Positions 63,901 through 64,000 of a stretch of 64,000 nt of DNA are shown piece after piece. Origin of the DNA: Albugo candida (Eukaryota); assembly GCA_040437565.1 (NCBI GenBank), contig JBDOQK010000019.1, forward strand, positions 124,001-188,000, read 5' to 3'. The notes beneath the pieces were generated by a model. The model did not search any database. It saw only the letters and a program-made list of their open reading frames with translations, and was not told the origin of the DNA. Positions within the stretch are counted from its first letter, which is position 1. Each line of letters starts with the position of its first letter. The translations under genes were made by a program, and so were the position numbers.

Positions 63901-64000
63901 CGATTGGATGCCTCGATGTTGATGCTTGAGCTCAGAACACTCTTACTGGACATGGCTCCTTCCATTCTGAAACAGCGACTAGAGGAAATTCAGGGGCAAT
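57934..64000 (+). CDS. RPGRIP1L: RPGRIP1L/fantom (MKS5/NPHP8)-like ciliary transition-zone protein, truncated by the window end
   Basis: ERFLRLRDENLQLK..EDTIKRMYTKL N-terminus, coiled coils, C2 motif DFYHFESQSTSLLKG...DAFFLRFL, a second C2, then EF-hand/IQ motifs. The frame from ~58280 appears open to the end (absent from the ORF track because it has no stop). Confidence 0.85.

Overview
Gene-dense eukaryotic DNA with short (~45-65 nt) GT-AG introns and very short intergenic spacers. Gene content (bZIP with SnoaL-like tail, FKBP-TPR-cyclophilin fusion, flagellar genes, bacterial-like proteases) points to an oomycete, plausibly Albugo-like (inference). Seven 100-N gaps are present: five are flanked by exact direct duplications (42 bp to 2.9 kb) and one by a fold-back, all most likely assembly artefacts. 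Recognisable genes: CPBP protease, mS33, RPE, MRT4, eIF3h, an N-kinesin, FCBP immunophilin, TFIIIC-delta, RPA1, Slob/PXK-like pseudokinase, ABCB6/HMT1-like transporter, bZIP, trypsin-like protease, EHD-like NTPase, kinesin-14, PWWP-PHD-bromo reader, eIF4E and an RPGRIP1L homolog running off the window. Two adjacent pseudogenes (subtilisin S8, DUS2) and a MITE family are also present. Most notable: an intergenic array of four hairpins with differing stems but a conserved RTRATGAG loop (36.5-37.1 kb); a kinesin with an IFT54/MIP-T3-like CH domain nested in a split discoidin-like domain; EF-hand/IQ arrays in RPGRIP1L; a Tudor-like insertion in RPA1. All family calls come from motif recognition by eye, not from database searches.
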